DNA from: Ginglymostoma cirratum
Taxonomy: Eukaryota
DNA length: 64,000 bases
NCBI GenBank assembly: GCA_024137785.1
Contig: JAHRHZ010000069.1
Coordinates: 14,519,235-14,583,234, forward strand
Reading direction: 5' to 3'
Below, one piece after another: positions 13,071 through 26,626 of the stretch (its first letter is position 1; each line of letters begins with the position of its first letter). The notes beneath the pieces were generated by a model. The model made no database searches and was not told the DNA's origin. It worked only from the letters and a program-made list of their open reading frames with translations. Made by a program: the position numbers and the translations under genes.

Positions 13071-16000
13071 CCTTGAAGTCACAGGCCCTACTCCAACAGA
13101 TGATATAGTTCTGTGATTGTGTCCCAGGATCTCCTTGTTTGGTGGTGGGAATGTGCCTGGAGAAAATTACAGTGAGGACGATAAACTCTGGGTATCCTTT
13201 ACCTTGTCCACATGCAGAGGGGAACTTCTGCTGTGACTACTTCATATAGAGGCTGTTTGGCAGCCACTGGAGATTGCTGCTGGTTGTGGGCTTGCTAAAG
13301 CCTGTTTCTCCTCCTCAGTTTCCCTGAGCCTGCACTATACAGCATCAGGCACAATGATAATACCTGCTATGGAACGATCCATTGATTACAGTTCTAATGA
13401 TTGTATGCGGGGAATATCAGACATAAAACAGCCTCTTAATAATTTGGGAGTCAGCAATCATAGCCCACACAAAGACAGTTTATCACAGTGCTTGACATCG
13501 TGGGACTTGGAGGAACTGAAAAGGAGAGCATGATATTGCCTCTAAATGAACCTATAATATATTAAATCATATTTTGATTTCGGCAGCACAAGCCCAGTCT
13601 CGCAAACACAGCAGGGGATTGTAAGTTTGATATGATTACGACAACCTCAACTCCCAAAAGCAGTGCAGAAAGAAGATGTTCTGACATACTTACAGTTCTA
13701 TATGAGAGAAAGCAGCTCCACATCCTTATGTAGCTTATCAGATCTTACGATGTGTTTGGGAATTATCAACTACAATTGACACTTAAAGTTCACCTGTGAT
13801 CACTTTTCCTTTGAAATATTACTAGAATCAATTTGTATTGATCAATTGCAGGACCAGGATTTGTAATCACTGGTCAATGTATGAGGTGTACATGCTGATT
13901 TTTGTGATTGTAAATGTGTTTAATTTTAAACCTACGAGTACTTAATTAATGCAATTCACCAGAAGGCTCTCATAAGAAAATAAACATATTCCATCCACTC
14001 TGGGTACGCTGGCAGCCATTTTCCATTTCCATTCGACAGTTCAGAATTAGATGAAGATGAAAGGCTTTCCACTTTGTGCTCAAGGGAGAGAGTTTCAGGT
14101 GCCTCACACCCCAACATTTATGTTGCTTTCCACATTGTGCATTCACCCGTTAGGTTTGCATCTCCCCAGTTCCCATTCAAACACTTCTTAAAGATCTATT
14201 TATCTCCCACTTTACACCCACCCCAGGATCCCCATTACATACCACTCAGCATTATTCAACATAATCATGACCCCTATTGAAGACAGGATAATAGTGATCA
14301 TTGATGTCCGCACCTGCCTCAGTACCCTATGCACTCGCACTGTGTATCATCTCCCTCCCTTGTATCTAGGGTTATTCACATTCAGAGTAATTGTCTTCTC
14401 TGCATCTCAGCATGCTGTCTCCAAACCCCACACAACTTTCTCAGTTTCCCCAACACAGTACTGGCCCCTTGGCATTTAATACACAACACACCCCCCCCCC
14501 CCCCCCGCCCCCCATTACTGACAGTGGCCTAACTAGCATCGACTTGGGAGGCCAGCCCTTACTGATTATGGAGCAAATACCAGACTGATCTATGAGCAGC
14601 TCCCCATTGGCTTACCAATAGCCCTTGGACTGGTTGCGTTGAACCTGCAGAACTGACCATGGCCCAATTTACTAACTGTAAGAACACAGATCCCTGGACT
14701 CTAGTTAAACCAAGAGGCCAAGTGACCATGGCCAACCCTCTGAACTGAGATATGATGATGTCCTTGACCAACTCTGACAGCAACTCTTGACTGGCCATTG
14801 GCCCCCTTCACAGGACTACCCCCTCCAGATGTTCAAACATGTCCATTTAGTTGAATTACAAGCAGTGCATTGCTGTGTGAGCTACTGGAACATGCTGCAG
14901 GTGTGTCACTGATGTAACGTAGTGCCATAGTGTAACATGTCCACCCCCTTTGAGTGTTTAATGCTGAGCAACAGGACAAGCTGCCTAGCTTTCCTAAAAG
15001 GCAAGACAAAACACAACTATTGTGGGCTTTTAAGTTCTGCATCAAGCAGTAGTACGCTAAAAGGCGAGATAGAGATCCTGCACGCATCCAAGTTAGCATA
15101 GCGTGACTGAGAACTGAGAAAGCAAACGAAGAACCCTGAGATACATCCAGTTCTGATGCACGATAAGAGTTCCCATCCCTGATTGCAAAGCAGCCTGGCA
15201 GCAGCCCTAGTGTGTAAGGTGTTGATGGGGTCCATAGTGAATTGTTGAACACTGTTATAATTTAGTCGGAGTTGTGACATAATGATGTGAGGTTTTAATG
15301 TTAACTGCAGTTGAAGAAGTGTGCAGGCAGTCACTGCACATGGAGCATGCCCTGAGATGTTGGAGAATGCGGAAAAGGAGCAGACCTGGAGAAGACGCTG
15401 GTGACTTGCAGCTGTCAGGTACCCGCTCTAACTCTGAATTGGCACAGCTTAGTTGTAAATTTAACTAAAATATCAATCACTGGAATTGTTGCCATCTAGT
15501 TGCTCACCAGTCCCTGGGAGAAGAGCAACCTGCATATAATTGAGATGAGATTAGGTAGTCATGAGATGTTAATACATGCAAGTAGGCCTCTCATCTCTAA
15601 CTAGCAAGATTCTTATCTCACCTTTAAAACCTTGTGGAGCAAGTTGGACTCTTTTTTCTCAGCATCAACAATCTCATTCATTTCTTTCTTGCTGTATTTT
15701 CCCAATTTATCCGCCATTGCCCATGTCAATCAGATGCTGTGAGAATTCCACTTAGATTTTCTGGGTGGATTTTGTTTTAAAACTGTCACAGTCAGTTCTA
15801 ACTGCTTTGCAGTCAGAATGAACATCTGCCCTGAAGAAGTATAGTGCTGGCCCTTTATGAATCTGGATTCTTAAACTGCAGATAGTAGCATTGCATTGCA
15901 TGCTGGAATGCGTTTCACAATCAAGGAAATGAACAGGGAGCACATACCTGCATCATGTCCATCTAGAGCAGGACACATTGCTATTTTTGTTAATGGACCT

Positions 16001-19000
16001 TTCCCAATGTTTAGCACATGATAATAAATTTCATGTAGAGTTTTACCAATTTTTTTCCTAAGAATTATGGATTATTAGTCATTTTATTACTAACCTGAAT
16101 GAAGCAAGAAGATTAAGGAGAGAACCAGTGGCAAGTGGTTTGATTGCTTTATTTAATGGCTTTTGAATAGTTCTTCACAAAGAATTACAGATTTGACTAT
16201 TTGGTTTTCTGTTGGTTAACTTCTTGCCTTTGGTGCATTTGCTACTTTTGATTTGTTCCCCTTAACTTTACTTTTTATTTGACCTAATCACATTTATCAT
16301 TCCAAATGAGCATGTAATGCTTTGGAGGAAGGAGAAATTCATCAGGCATGTCCTGAAAGTTATGATGCAATGGGCGTATCGTAGTTTAAAGACAATTATT
16401 TGTGTAAGTAAATTGATTCACATATGTTTTAACCTGTAAATAGTCTATTACTTTACTTCCCTACTGTTTTACTTTCAGTGTATGTCTTTTTGTTTGAAAA
16501 GGTTTTTTACCACATCAGTGACATGTGCTTTTACATGTTGACTGTTGTCAAAGAAAAATCTTAAGAAATGAGTGAATTGGCACAGCTTAGTTATATAGTT
16601 CTATTAAATTTGAAGAATGACAGCAACACAGATTTTGAAACTTTTTTCCCAAAAATTTGGCTTTTAATAATACTTTTAAAATAAGGAGATGTACAGCAGT
16701 GGTTTTCAACTGGTCTGCCACATCAGTCTGACGTGCTGCGATAAGGTGAGCAGTGAGTCATAAAATCTTTACCTACACATCAAAGCTGTGCTTCCAATAT
16801 TACTGAAGGCTGTATCTGCTGACATCAAATGCCCCTACTGACAGACCATGTGCAAACCCACAGAGTCACGTATGCATAGGCTTTTCATTCCATGGATGCG
16901 TGAAGATTCAGCACTGTGCATGTGTGGACATTCAAATCAATTCAGCTGAAAAATGTGGGTGTGCCATGAAATTGTTTGTCTCTTTGAAGTATGCCTTGAT
17001 GTTGAAGATGTTGGGAACCATTGGCATGGAGCCCCAGTTTAATCTGCTGTTTTCTTTAAAGACAATATTCAATGAGGTGTTGTTTTTCTCCAAATGTAAT
17101 TTTTATTTGTAATCTTCTCTCATTTAGTATTTTCATCATTAGACCAGGTTGACCACTAATACCCCCAAGACTTGCTCATTCATATCTTTCTCTTTTAAAT
17201 TTTTGGACATCATTAACATTCCATCGGTGAGCGGTCTCAAGGCCCTTTCTTCTTTGAAAACTAGCTCTGAGAATATGTGAAATTGCCTTATTTGTATTTC
17301 CGTAAACCTTCAGAGTAGCAGGATTTCATAGATGTTAGGTATGACTGAAAAGATTTTTTTGAAGCTTTTTGTCTTGAATGAATCAAAACAATTTTCAAGA
17401 AATGACAAAGTAAATAAGTAAAAAAAAGTGTTTATTCTATGTGAGAAAAGTGCTGATTGATGTCCAAGTGACCTCTGATTGAAAGAGGCATCGTTCTGGA
17501 GAGTATAGCAGTTAATGATGACTGGCAGTTAACTGCCAAGCTTTGTTTAAATTTTAAACCAGGCAAATTGACTTTGGTTAAGGTATTGCCTTGAGAAATG
17601 AACTGGAGAATGCTTTCATCTGTTTTGTTGAGTTTAAACAGTCTCACTGTGTGCATCTATGTTCTTTGTGTGTATGAAGAACAGGCCCTGTGTATGAACA
17701 TATGCAATAAATGCACCTGCATCACACTGTGAGCCCAACTAACAATCCTAAATAATTGTCACTGCATGTCATGCAAATGCATCAACTTTGTCTTGAAAAT
17801 CTACCTCAGATTACCCTCAAAAGCTTGAGTAACAGGTGAAGCTAGCTGTTTTATGCTGCTACTATGCAAAAGCAAAACGAGTGGTATTCACCACAACAAG
17901 ATGCTGCCATCAAGCCAAAACGATGTTCTGCCTTTAATACAAATAAGTAACATAACATATGAATTCCAGTGATGATTTAATGTTCAGTATGTAAGCCATA
18001 TGTCCCATAGACCGTCATTAAATATCAAGTAGCATAACACTTTGGTTGCTTGCAAAAAGCAATGTACTGTACACATTTAGCCCATGCTTGCAAATGTCAT
18101 ATGAGATGCGATTCCAAAACTGGAAAATGTTTGCTAAATAATCCTGACTCTGAAAAGAATTACACTGAAAACCAAGTTAGGATCGTTAGTCAGGCTCTCG
18201 GTGAGGCAAGCTCAACAATTTGGTGGAATTTCAAAGGCTGTCTTTAAATATAGAGTTAAAGATTAAAATACCAGAGCTATTCCGTGAAGCAAATGATCAA
18301 ATATAATGGTATTTCTTTCAATCTGAGGCACAACTGCTGTTAACATTGTGATGTTGTAATGTTTTCGTTCGAGTACTCAGGAAGGGTTACTAAGTAAGTT
18401 TGAAAGATACTGAACCTAAATTTGCAAGGAATTGTGATATGTCACAAATGCTTTAGATTTAAATCAAAAATGATTACAACAATGTTCTCCACAATTATCA
18501 GTAAAAGGCTGTACTGTATTCATATTTCTTCTGGGGTTAACTATTTAAAAGTCAGATTAAAGGGATGTGGAAATATTGCATATTATAATGATGTGAATTA
18601 CTGATAGGTTGTGACAATGTTTTGTCAGCGTTGCACTTTAAATCAAGAAATTTTATTTTTTCTCTACCCTATTAGTTGTTATAATCCTATTTCTTCAATG
18701 TGCAAGGAACGCTGCTTGTGAATAATGCCTGGCTTTCTAACATCTAAGTAGGAGAGTGTCGCTCTTACTGAATACTGTCATTGTTTTGTAACCTACAACG
18801 ATGGAGCAAAACGTCTTTGCAACTTTGATTAGCAAACACATCAGTTATGTTCAAATTAAAATCTCTGGACATCTTTGAATTAAGTAAATTAAATGTGTTT
18901 GTTTTTAAAACTCATCAGGCTTCCATCATTGAGCACCAATTGATTGCAATCTTATTTTGTCATTTTCCAGCACTGTAGAAGAAAAGAACAAAGTCCATTT

Positions 19001-19050
19001 CTAAGTATTTGTATTTTATATTTTATACAACTGTATAACTAAAGCTTGTT

Positions 19051-19168
19051 GGGCTCTTGAGACACAGTGCTAGTGTGCCTTCCTTTGAACCAAGAGGCCT
19101 GGTTCAAGTCCCACCTTCTCCAGGGGTGTGTATTAACATGTCTGAACAACATGATTACAAAATACTCA
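19051..19168 (+). mobile_element. Short (about 120 bp) tRNA-derived SINE
   Basis: gacacagtgctag A-box-like and ggttcaagtcc B-box; homologous to 23746-24007. Confidence 0.6.
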
Positions 19169-19259
19169 CAAGTCAAGCTTGTTTCCTCGGTTTTTGCAAT
19201 AACAATGGCCTTTCAGATCAGAAGACTTAGGCAAATGTCATGTCTGAAATATATTTAGG

Positions 19260-22200
19260 TGTTCAAACTTCATAATGGTAGGGGTTAAAACTAAATTGGC
19301 ACATTGCGGATGCGTAGTGAAGTGCAGCAGGGGGTGATGCACAGACAGATATGGCAGAAGAACCAAGTCAGTCTAGAAGGCACTGTAAATACAGTCAAGT
19401 TAAGGCACAAGGGAACATGGTAACGCCTTTTGGCATTTAGTTTAATGCAAGGAGTCTTGCAAGTCAGGCAGATGAGTTGGGGTGGCGTTTGAATAATGCA
19501 TTGGGATGTAATATCATTGCTATCATGGAGACATGGTTGAGGAAGGGACAGGACGGACTGCTGATTAATCCAGAGTATAGAATCTTTAGACAAGATTGAC
19601 TGTGGCAGGGGTGGGGTGTGGGGTGCGGGGGTGGCACAAGGTGGAGAGTAAAAGAGAAGATGGTGTCACAACATTCACAAGCAGTCAATCATTGCAGTAA
19701 CTGGGGATGGAGGTTCCTGAAATGAGGTGAGATGGATAAAACTTAAAATCACTTCACTGGGGGTCTACCATCGACGGGAAGAGATGGAAACTCAGATGTG
19801 TAGGTAACTTCCAGAGAAGTGTAAAATCAATCGGATAATAATAGGGGATTTTAAATTCCTCAATATTAACTGAGACAGACAAAATGTACAAGGATTAGAG
19901 GAGAGGTTTTTTTTAAAAAGCACACAGAAAGTCCTACAAGAGAGGGGATGGTGCCGGATCTTATTCGAGGGAATGAGGCTAAACAAGTGATAGATGTAGA
20001 AGTGGGGGAGCATTTTGGTAATAGAGACCATAATTTGTTAAGATTTAAGCTAATTATGCATTAGGACAAAGGTGGACCAGAAATAAAGCCGTTGAACTGG
20101 GGGAAGGCTGATATTGATGAGATAACACAGGATCTGGCTAAAGTGAATGAGAACTAGCTATATGCAGGAAAGTCCACATCAGAGCAGTGGAAGATATTCA
20201 AAAAGGTAATAGTGAGAATTCAAGGTCAAGATGTTTCCAAGATGGGAATCACCAAATGCAGAGATCCTGAGGTGTCAAGGGATGTGCAGGCTTGGTTAAG
20301 GAACATAAGAACATAAGAACTAGGAGCAGAAGGAGGCCATCTGGCCCCTCGAGCCTGCCCTGCCATTTTATAAAATCATGGCTGATCTTTTTGAGACTCA
20401 GCTCCACTTACCCGCCCACTCACCATAACCCTTAATTCCTTTACTGTTCAAAAATTTATCTAGCCTTGCCTTAAAAACATTCACTGAGGTTGCTTCAACC
20501 ATTTCGCTGGGCAAGCTTATGATTACTACCGAAGGCACAAAACAGCAGGTGCTCTAGAGGATAATAGAAAGTACTGAAGGTTGCTTAAAAATGTAATTTG
20601 GAAATCAAGGAGTGGACATGACAAATACTTGAGGGTAACATTAAGGAAAATCCAAAGGCATTTTATATTTGGATCAGGAACATAACCAAAGAAAGAGTAG
20701 GGTCCTTAAGGGACAAAAGTGGCAATCTGGTGTGGAGCCAGAAGACATAGCTGAGGTTTTAAAAGAGGATTTACATCTGTATTCAGAGTAGAGAAGGACA
20801 ATGTCGGTCTAGAAATCAGGGAGGGAAACTATGACATAATTGCACAAATTGACATTGAGAGAGAGGAGATGTTATTGGTTTTAGCAGACTTGAAAGTGGA
20901 TAAAACCCCAGGTCCAGGTTTTATATATATCGAAGGCTGCTTTGGGAAGTCAAGGAAGAGATTACAGGGCCTCTAACATTAAATTTCAAATCCTCTCCAG
21001 CCACAGGAGGAGTCCCATGGAGATTAGAAGATATCTAACATGGTACAATTACTCACATATGGAGTTGGGATAAACCAGGAAACTATAGGCCAGTGAGTCT
21101 AACATGTATAGTAGGAAAACTGTTGGAAAGATGTCTGAGGGACAGAACTGACTTTCTCTTGGAGAGGCAAGTGTTAATCAAGGATATTCAGCACGGAAGA
21201 GGGAGATCACAAATATTGTTGAATTTTTCAAGGAGGTGACTGGGTGTGTGCATGAGGAAAGTGTAGTTGGTGTATTTTACATGGACTTCAGTCAAGTTTT
21301 GACAAGGTCTCGCATGGCAGACTGGCTAAGAAGCTCAGAGCTCATGGAATCCAGAGAAATTTGGCAAAGTGTATCCAAAATTAGCATAATGGCAAGAAGC
21401 AGAGGGTGATAGTCAAAGTGTGATTTTGAGACTCAAATGTGGTGCTGTGTCTTTTGCTGTTTGTTATGCCTTAACAGTCTAGGCATGAATGTAGGAGGTC
21501 TGACCAGTAAGCTCACAGATGGCATGAAAATTGTGGTGTGGTAAACAGCGAAGAGGAAAGCCTTAGACGACAGGGCAATATCGACAGGCTGGTCCAATGA
21601 GGAGAACGGTAGCAAATGGAATTTGGAAAATGAGAGGTGATACTTTTTGGGAGGACTGACAAGACAAGAGAGTACATGTTGAATGGCAGGACCCTAGAAA
21701 GAACAAAGAATTGAGGGAACTTTGTAAGCATGTCCCTAGATCCTTGAAGGCAGCAGGACACACAGACAAGTTAATTAAAGAGGCATATAGGATGCTTTCT
21801 TTTATTAGTTGAGAGATTGAATACAAGAGCAAGGAGGTTTTAATGGAGTTGGAAATGATATGAGTTAGACCACAGCTGGAGTACTGTTTGCATTTCTGGT
21901 CAGCAAACTATGTGAAGGATGTGATTGTACGAGAAAAGGGAAGGAAAAGATGCACGAGGATATTGCCTGGACTGGAGCGATTCAGCTATCAAGAGAGAGA
22001 CTTGATAGGTTGGGGTTGTTTTCCTTAGAGTAGAGATGGCAGAGAGGGAATTTAGTTGAGGTGTACCAAGGTCAGAGGGGCATAGACAGAGTAGATAAGG
22101 TGAAGCTTTTCTTCTTAGTGGAGAGGTCAATAACAAGGGGGCATAGTTTTCAGGGAAGGTGCAGGAGGCTTTTGTGATTTGTGATTTTATTTTTTCTCCC

Positions 22201-22405
22201 AGAATGTTGCAGATATCTGGAACTCACTGCCTGAAAAGATGGTCGAGGTAAAGACCCTCAAGACTTTTCAGAGGTTATTTATGTGACGACTTGAAATGCC
22301 ATAGCATACAAAGCTATAGTCCAAGGGCCAGAAAAATGGGATTAGTCCAATTGTGGACACAGTGGGTTGAAGGGCCTCTTTCTGTGCTGTAAAAGTTATG
22401 ACTCT
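19260..22405 (+). mobile_element. Decayed near-full-length CR1 LINE ORF2 (APE endonuclease + RT) with 3' tail
   Basis: FNARSLASQADEL, IIGDFKFLNIN, DKPGNYRPVSLT, YMDFSQ.FDKV and VRPQLEYC motifs with stops and frameshifts; typical tail ggttgaagggcctctttctgtgctgta. Confidence 0.85.
20301..20515 (-). mobile_element. CR1 3' end nested in the larger CR1
   Basis: (aacataag)n tail followed by aggagcagaaggaggccatctggcccctcgagcctgc; the same family occurs at about 6210-6530. Confidence 0.75.
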
Positions 22406-23221
22406 AATTCTAGTTGACTTTATTGCATGACTTATTTTTATTTTGTATCACACTAATAAAGCCAAGCATTGATTCACTGGAAATATGAATCTCCTTCACA
22501 AAAGATTTATTTGAGCAATAATTTGTGGCACAAAGAGTGTAGTGTTTATGTTTGTGATCTAGTAATCCAACAAAATGCATTAGTGAGATCTGAGTTCAAA
22601 TCCCATTACAGCAGATAAGAATATTAATATTTAGTTTTGGTAATAAATAGGTAGAATTAATAATAGCAACCCTAAAACTACTGGATTGTTTAAAAAAAAA
22701 GTGCTGCTGGTCCTTCAAAGAAGGAAATCTGCAGTCTTTATCTGCCCCAATAAGTTTGTGACTCTGCGCTCACAGCAATGTTGTTGCCTTCTGAAATTGC
22801 CACTTTGTTAGAACAAACCACAAGAACAAATTACAAGAGACATAACAGCAAGCTGACCACCCATGTAATTAGGATCAGGCAGAAAAAAGGTGCACACAGC
22901 CCAGTCAATCCTATAGAGATTTGGAGATTTGTGTCAAAATTGGAAGAATTATTCCACTGACTGATCAAACAGCAGCCTGACATCGGTATCATTTTGATGA
23001 TATGACTTCCATTCAATGTTACGGATTCCTACATCATCATCCTGGGTATGTCCTGTCCCATTAGAGGTGGTAGTAGTGTTCTACAATCATGAGGGGTTTC
23101 TGTTGACAGTTCTTACCATTAACATCGAATCCATGAAATCTCATGTCATCAGGTCAAAAATGGGCAAGAAAAACATTTTGCCATTTATCAACTACCACCC
23201 TGAATCTGTAAGATCCCGAGG

Positions 23222-23556
23222 GCACCTGACTAGGTGAATGTTGAACAGATGTTTCCTCTTGTCGAACAATCTAGAACTAAGGGTCAAAGATTAAAAATAA
23301 CGATGTGCCCACTTAAAACAGAGAAAACTCTTTTTTTTCTCTCAGAGTGTCGAGAATCTTAGGAATTCCCTTCTTTAAAAGGCAGAGGATGTAGAGTCTT
23401 TAAAAATCTTTAAGGTAGATATAAATTCTTGATTACTCCAATTGGATGAAAGATTTTCAAGGATGTGCAGGAATGCAGAGTTTAAGTTAAAATCAGATCA
23501 ACCATGATCTTATTGAATGGTACAGCCAAGCGGCCTCCTCTTTTTCCTTGTTTGTA
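23222..23556 (+). mobile_element. CR1 3' fragment nested in the LINE
   Basis: gatgtttcctcttgt...tctagaactaagggtca...cagatcaaccatgatcttattgaatgg...ggcctcctct, a CR1 3' end. Confidence 0.7.
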
Positions 23557-23745
23557 TGCCCTCCTCAATATTGGCTTGCACCCAGATGAAGCACTGAAGC
23601 TTGCAATGACACAAATTTTACTCTGGTGGAGATCTTCAACGTTGATCAGAAAGGATGGCTTGGTAGGTGATGTTAATTCTATCGACTGAGGTTAAGTCCA
23701 TACAGGTGGAAGACATTTACTGTATGGTTACTTACATTTAAAACA

Positions 23746-24007
23746 GGGTCTTGAGACACAGTCTCTATAGCATCTCTATATCTAAGCCGAGAAGCCTGAA
23801 TTCAAATCCTACAGGCTCCAGAAGTGTGCATTAACATCACTAAACAGGTTGATTAGCAAAATATTCTACATATAAAAAGACACTGGAGAGCTCTCGTGGC
23901 ACAGTGGTACTGACCCTACCTTTCAGCCAGCGAGACTTGGGTTCAGGTCCTACTTACTCAAGAGATGTGTCATAATATCTGTAACATATTGATTAAAAAT
24001 AAACATC
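23746..24007 (+). mobile_element. Two head-to-tail copies of the short tRNA-derived SINE
   Basis: 23746-23867 and 23888-24007 each show [g/a]cacagt...ttca[a/g].tcc...gtgt.cat.a.atc...ttgatta. Confidence 0.6.
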
Positions 24008-26089
24008 TACAGACACACGGGTGGAGTGGAGGCAATTGATGTTTCCCATTAATTTTCCAATCTGTGAATAAAGGCATTCCAATTAAAAACTAGTGTTGAC
24101 TTCTTTCTTTACCAACTGGCTATCATTATGACAGTTGGATGAACCAGAAAAACTCAATTATAAGATAGTGCCTGCAACAGATGCGAAAAGACCAACACGA
24201 GAGAAAAACTCAACTGACCTCATCCTCACCAGTCTATTTGTCACAGCTGCATATCTCCATGCTAGTATTGGTCAGACTGACCACTCCACAGTCCTTGTTG
24301 AGACAAAGTCCCATTTGAAGCGACACTTCATCATGTCGAATGGCACCACTGCCATGGAATAGTTTAGAACAGATCTAACAATTCAAAAACTGTGCATTTC
24401 ATGGCCCAGCATGGCTCTGAGTTTATAAATAACATCAAGCCAGGGGATTAACCCTGAATCAACGAAGAGAAATGAGAAGTATGAGCAGCACTAGATCTAT
24501 ATTTAAAACAAGGAGTCAAACTGCTGAAGCTGTAATTCAGGACCACACACAAAGTTATTGCAACTATGTAAGGAGGGGTCATGGCTCTCCTCTTTCCTAA
24601 CCACTCTTTCTAAGTCACAACAATTATTTTAAAATGTTTTTTTAACACAGAACTTCAATTATACTTAGTTGTATAGATCCAAAAATGATGGCGAGTCAAT
24701 TCAAACTTTTTTTGCCAAGTTGAAGAACCTATTATCTGAAAAATAAAATTGCAATAATAAATACACACACAAACACAGGTAATAAAGAAGATGTTGGAAC
24801 AATGTCCAATAGAGTAGGGAAGGCAAAGACACATGTAGCTACAGAGTCGTGGATTGTGAGGATGAAAAGGCCTGAGTCCAGCTATTGAGATATTGTCTTG
24901 TTTCCTCTATGATGGCAAAGCTGAAAATGTCCTGAAGTTGTTGGTGAAGATCATTGGCCAGTTTTTGAGATTCGGGGAGAATGAGAGCGAGAAAGATGAG
25001 CAGTATCCGGTATCTTTTCTGTAATGAGCCCATGTTGCTTTCCTTCTTTGCTTTGTTGCGCAAAGCAAACGACTGAAGTATGCTTTTTTTTCTGCATTCC
25101 AAACCTGGTTTCACTGTCGTTTTCAAACTGAATAATCCACAGGTAACTATTCAGTTCCAATGTAAGAATATATGCAATGAGAGTAAAACCAGACATGTGA
25201 ATCTCTTGATGTCTCAGCAAGTTTCAAAATGGGAGTTCTGACTCAGCCAGTTTGATATACTCTATGTGTGTTGTCTGGACTTGTCAAATGATTTACCTCA
25301 GCTCTGTCATTTTTTTTGACAGAAAACTATTTTAGTCCATAAAATATCAGATATTCAAGTCAAATGATGAAAGTTGAGTATTTATCGTCCATTTCTTTTA
25401 TGATCGTAATTAGCTGAGTTGGAGGAAAGAATAGAAACCCAAGTGATTTCACAACCAACAAATTAGGTCAATGCTTTGTAGACCTACATAATCCAATTGT
25501 GAATGATGATGGACAACTAAGTAACGAGTAGAAAGAGTAGGCTCCATGAACCTCCCATTTTTGTTGATGGCAGAGCCAAGCACAAGGCCCCAAAGACAAA
25601 GCTGAAACATTTTCAACCAGAAGTAACCAGTGGGTGATTCATAGCAATCACCTCCTCAGGTCCTCGCATTACACAGAAGTCAATCTGCAACACATTTAAT
25701 ATGAAGGAATGGGATGAGTGGACTAGTTACGGCAAAAGCTATGACCCCTGGTAACATCACAACTGTAGTGCTGGAGGCCTGTTCTAGAATTAACCATTCC
25801 CCTAGCCGAGCCAATGCAGTTACATTGTTGGCATAACAGACAATATGGAAAATTGCCTGGATATGCCATGTCCACAAAAAAACAGAAAAAAAATGCGATC
25901 CAGTCAATTATCACCCATCAGTCTACTCTCAGTTATCAGCAAAGTGATGGCAGCAGTGCTTATTCTTCATTAACATGCTTATTGATGCTCAATTATGTTC
26001 TCAGGCCCTCATGGCTCCATACCTCTTTGAAGCTTCATCATAACCTGAACAAAATAGCTGAATCCAGAAATGAGGGCAAAGTGACCGGC

Positions 26090-26335
26090 CACCCAAACTT
26101 CTTCACCCAGAGTGTGGTGAGCCTATGGAATTCACTACCACTGAAAGCTGTTGAAGCTGAAACATTGATTGCAAGAAGGTGTTAGATATAGCATGGGGGC
26201 TAAAGGAATCAAACGATATGGGGGAAAAGCAGGAACAGACTATTGAATTAGATGATCAGCCATGATCACATTAAATGGTGGAGCAGGCTCATAGGGCCAA
26301 GTGGCCTACTCTTGCTCAAATTTCTCTGTTTTATG
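26090..26335 (+). mobile_element. CR1 3' end fragment
   Basis: NFFTQSVVSLWNSLP and tail gatcagccatgatcacattaaatggtggagcaggctc. Confidence 0.75.
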
Positions 26336-26626
26336 TCATACAACTACAAGAACAGATCAGATCCAACGTATCCTGTAGCAAGTAATTCAACTATTAATGT
26401 CACAAGTCCTTTCCACCATCTGAATGGCTCAAGTCAGGATTGTGATGAAACACTGTCCACTTGCTCCAACAACACTTAAGCTCAATACCATCCAGGACAA
26501 AAACAAACTGACTGGCATATAGTGACGAGGGCTTTAGCCTACCCGATAATTAAATGAACAAAATTTCTGCTCAACCAGTATTGGATGTCTGATAAGCCAT
26601 CTGGTAACTTAGCAACACCAGAAGAC

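Larger units (their letters stand above)
22527..26515 (+). mobile_element. Fragmented old LINE with tRNA-like 5' head, interrupted by several later insertions
   Basis: The head (22527-22800) matches the SINE at 32030. It is followed by IWRFVSKLEELFH*LIKQQPDI (endonuclease start), TDLILT/TDHSTVLVET endonuclease motifs near 24210-24305, and RT-region remnants at 25500-26080. Confidence 0.65.
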
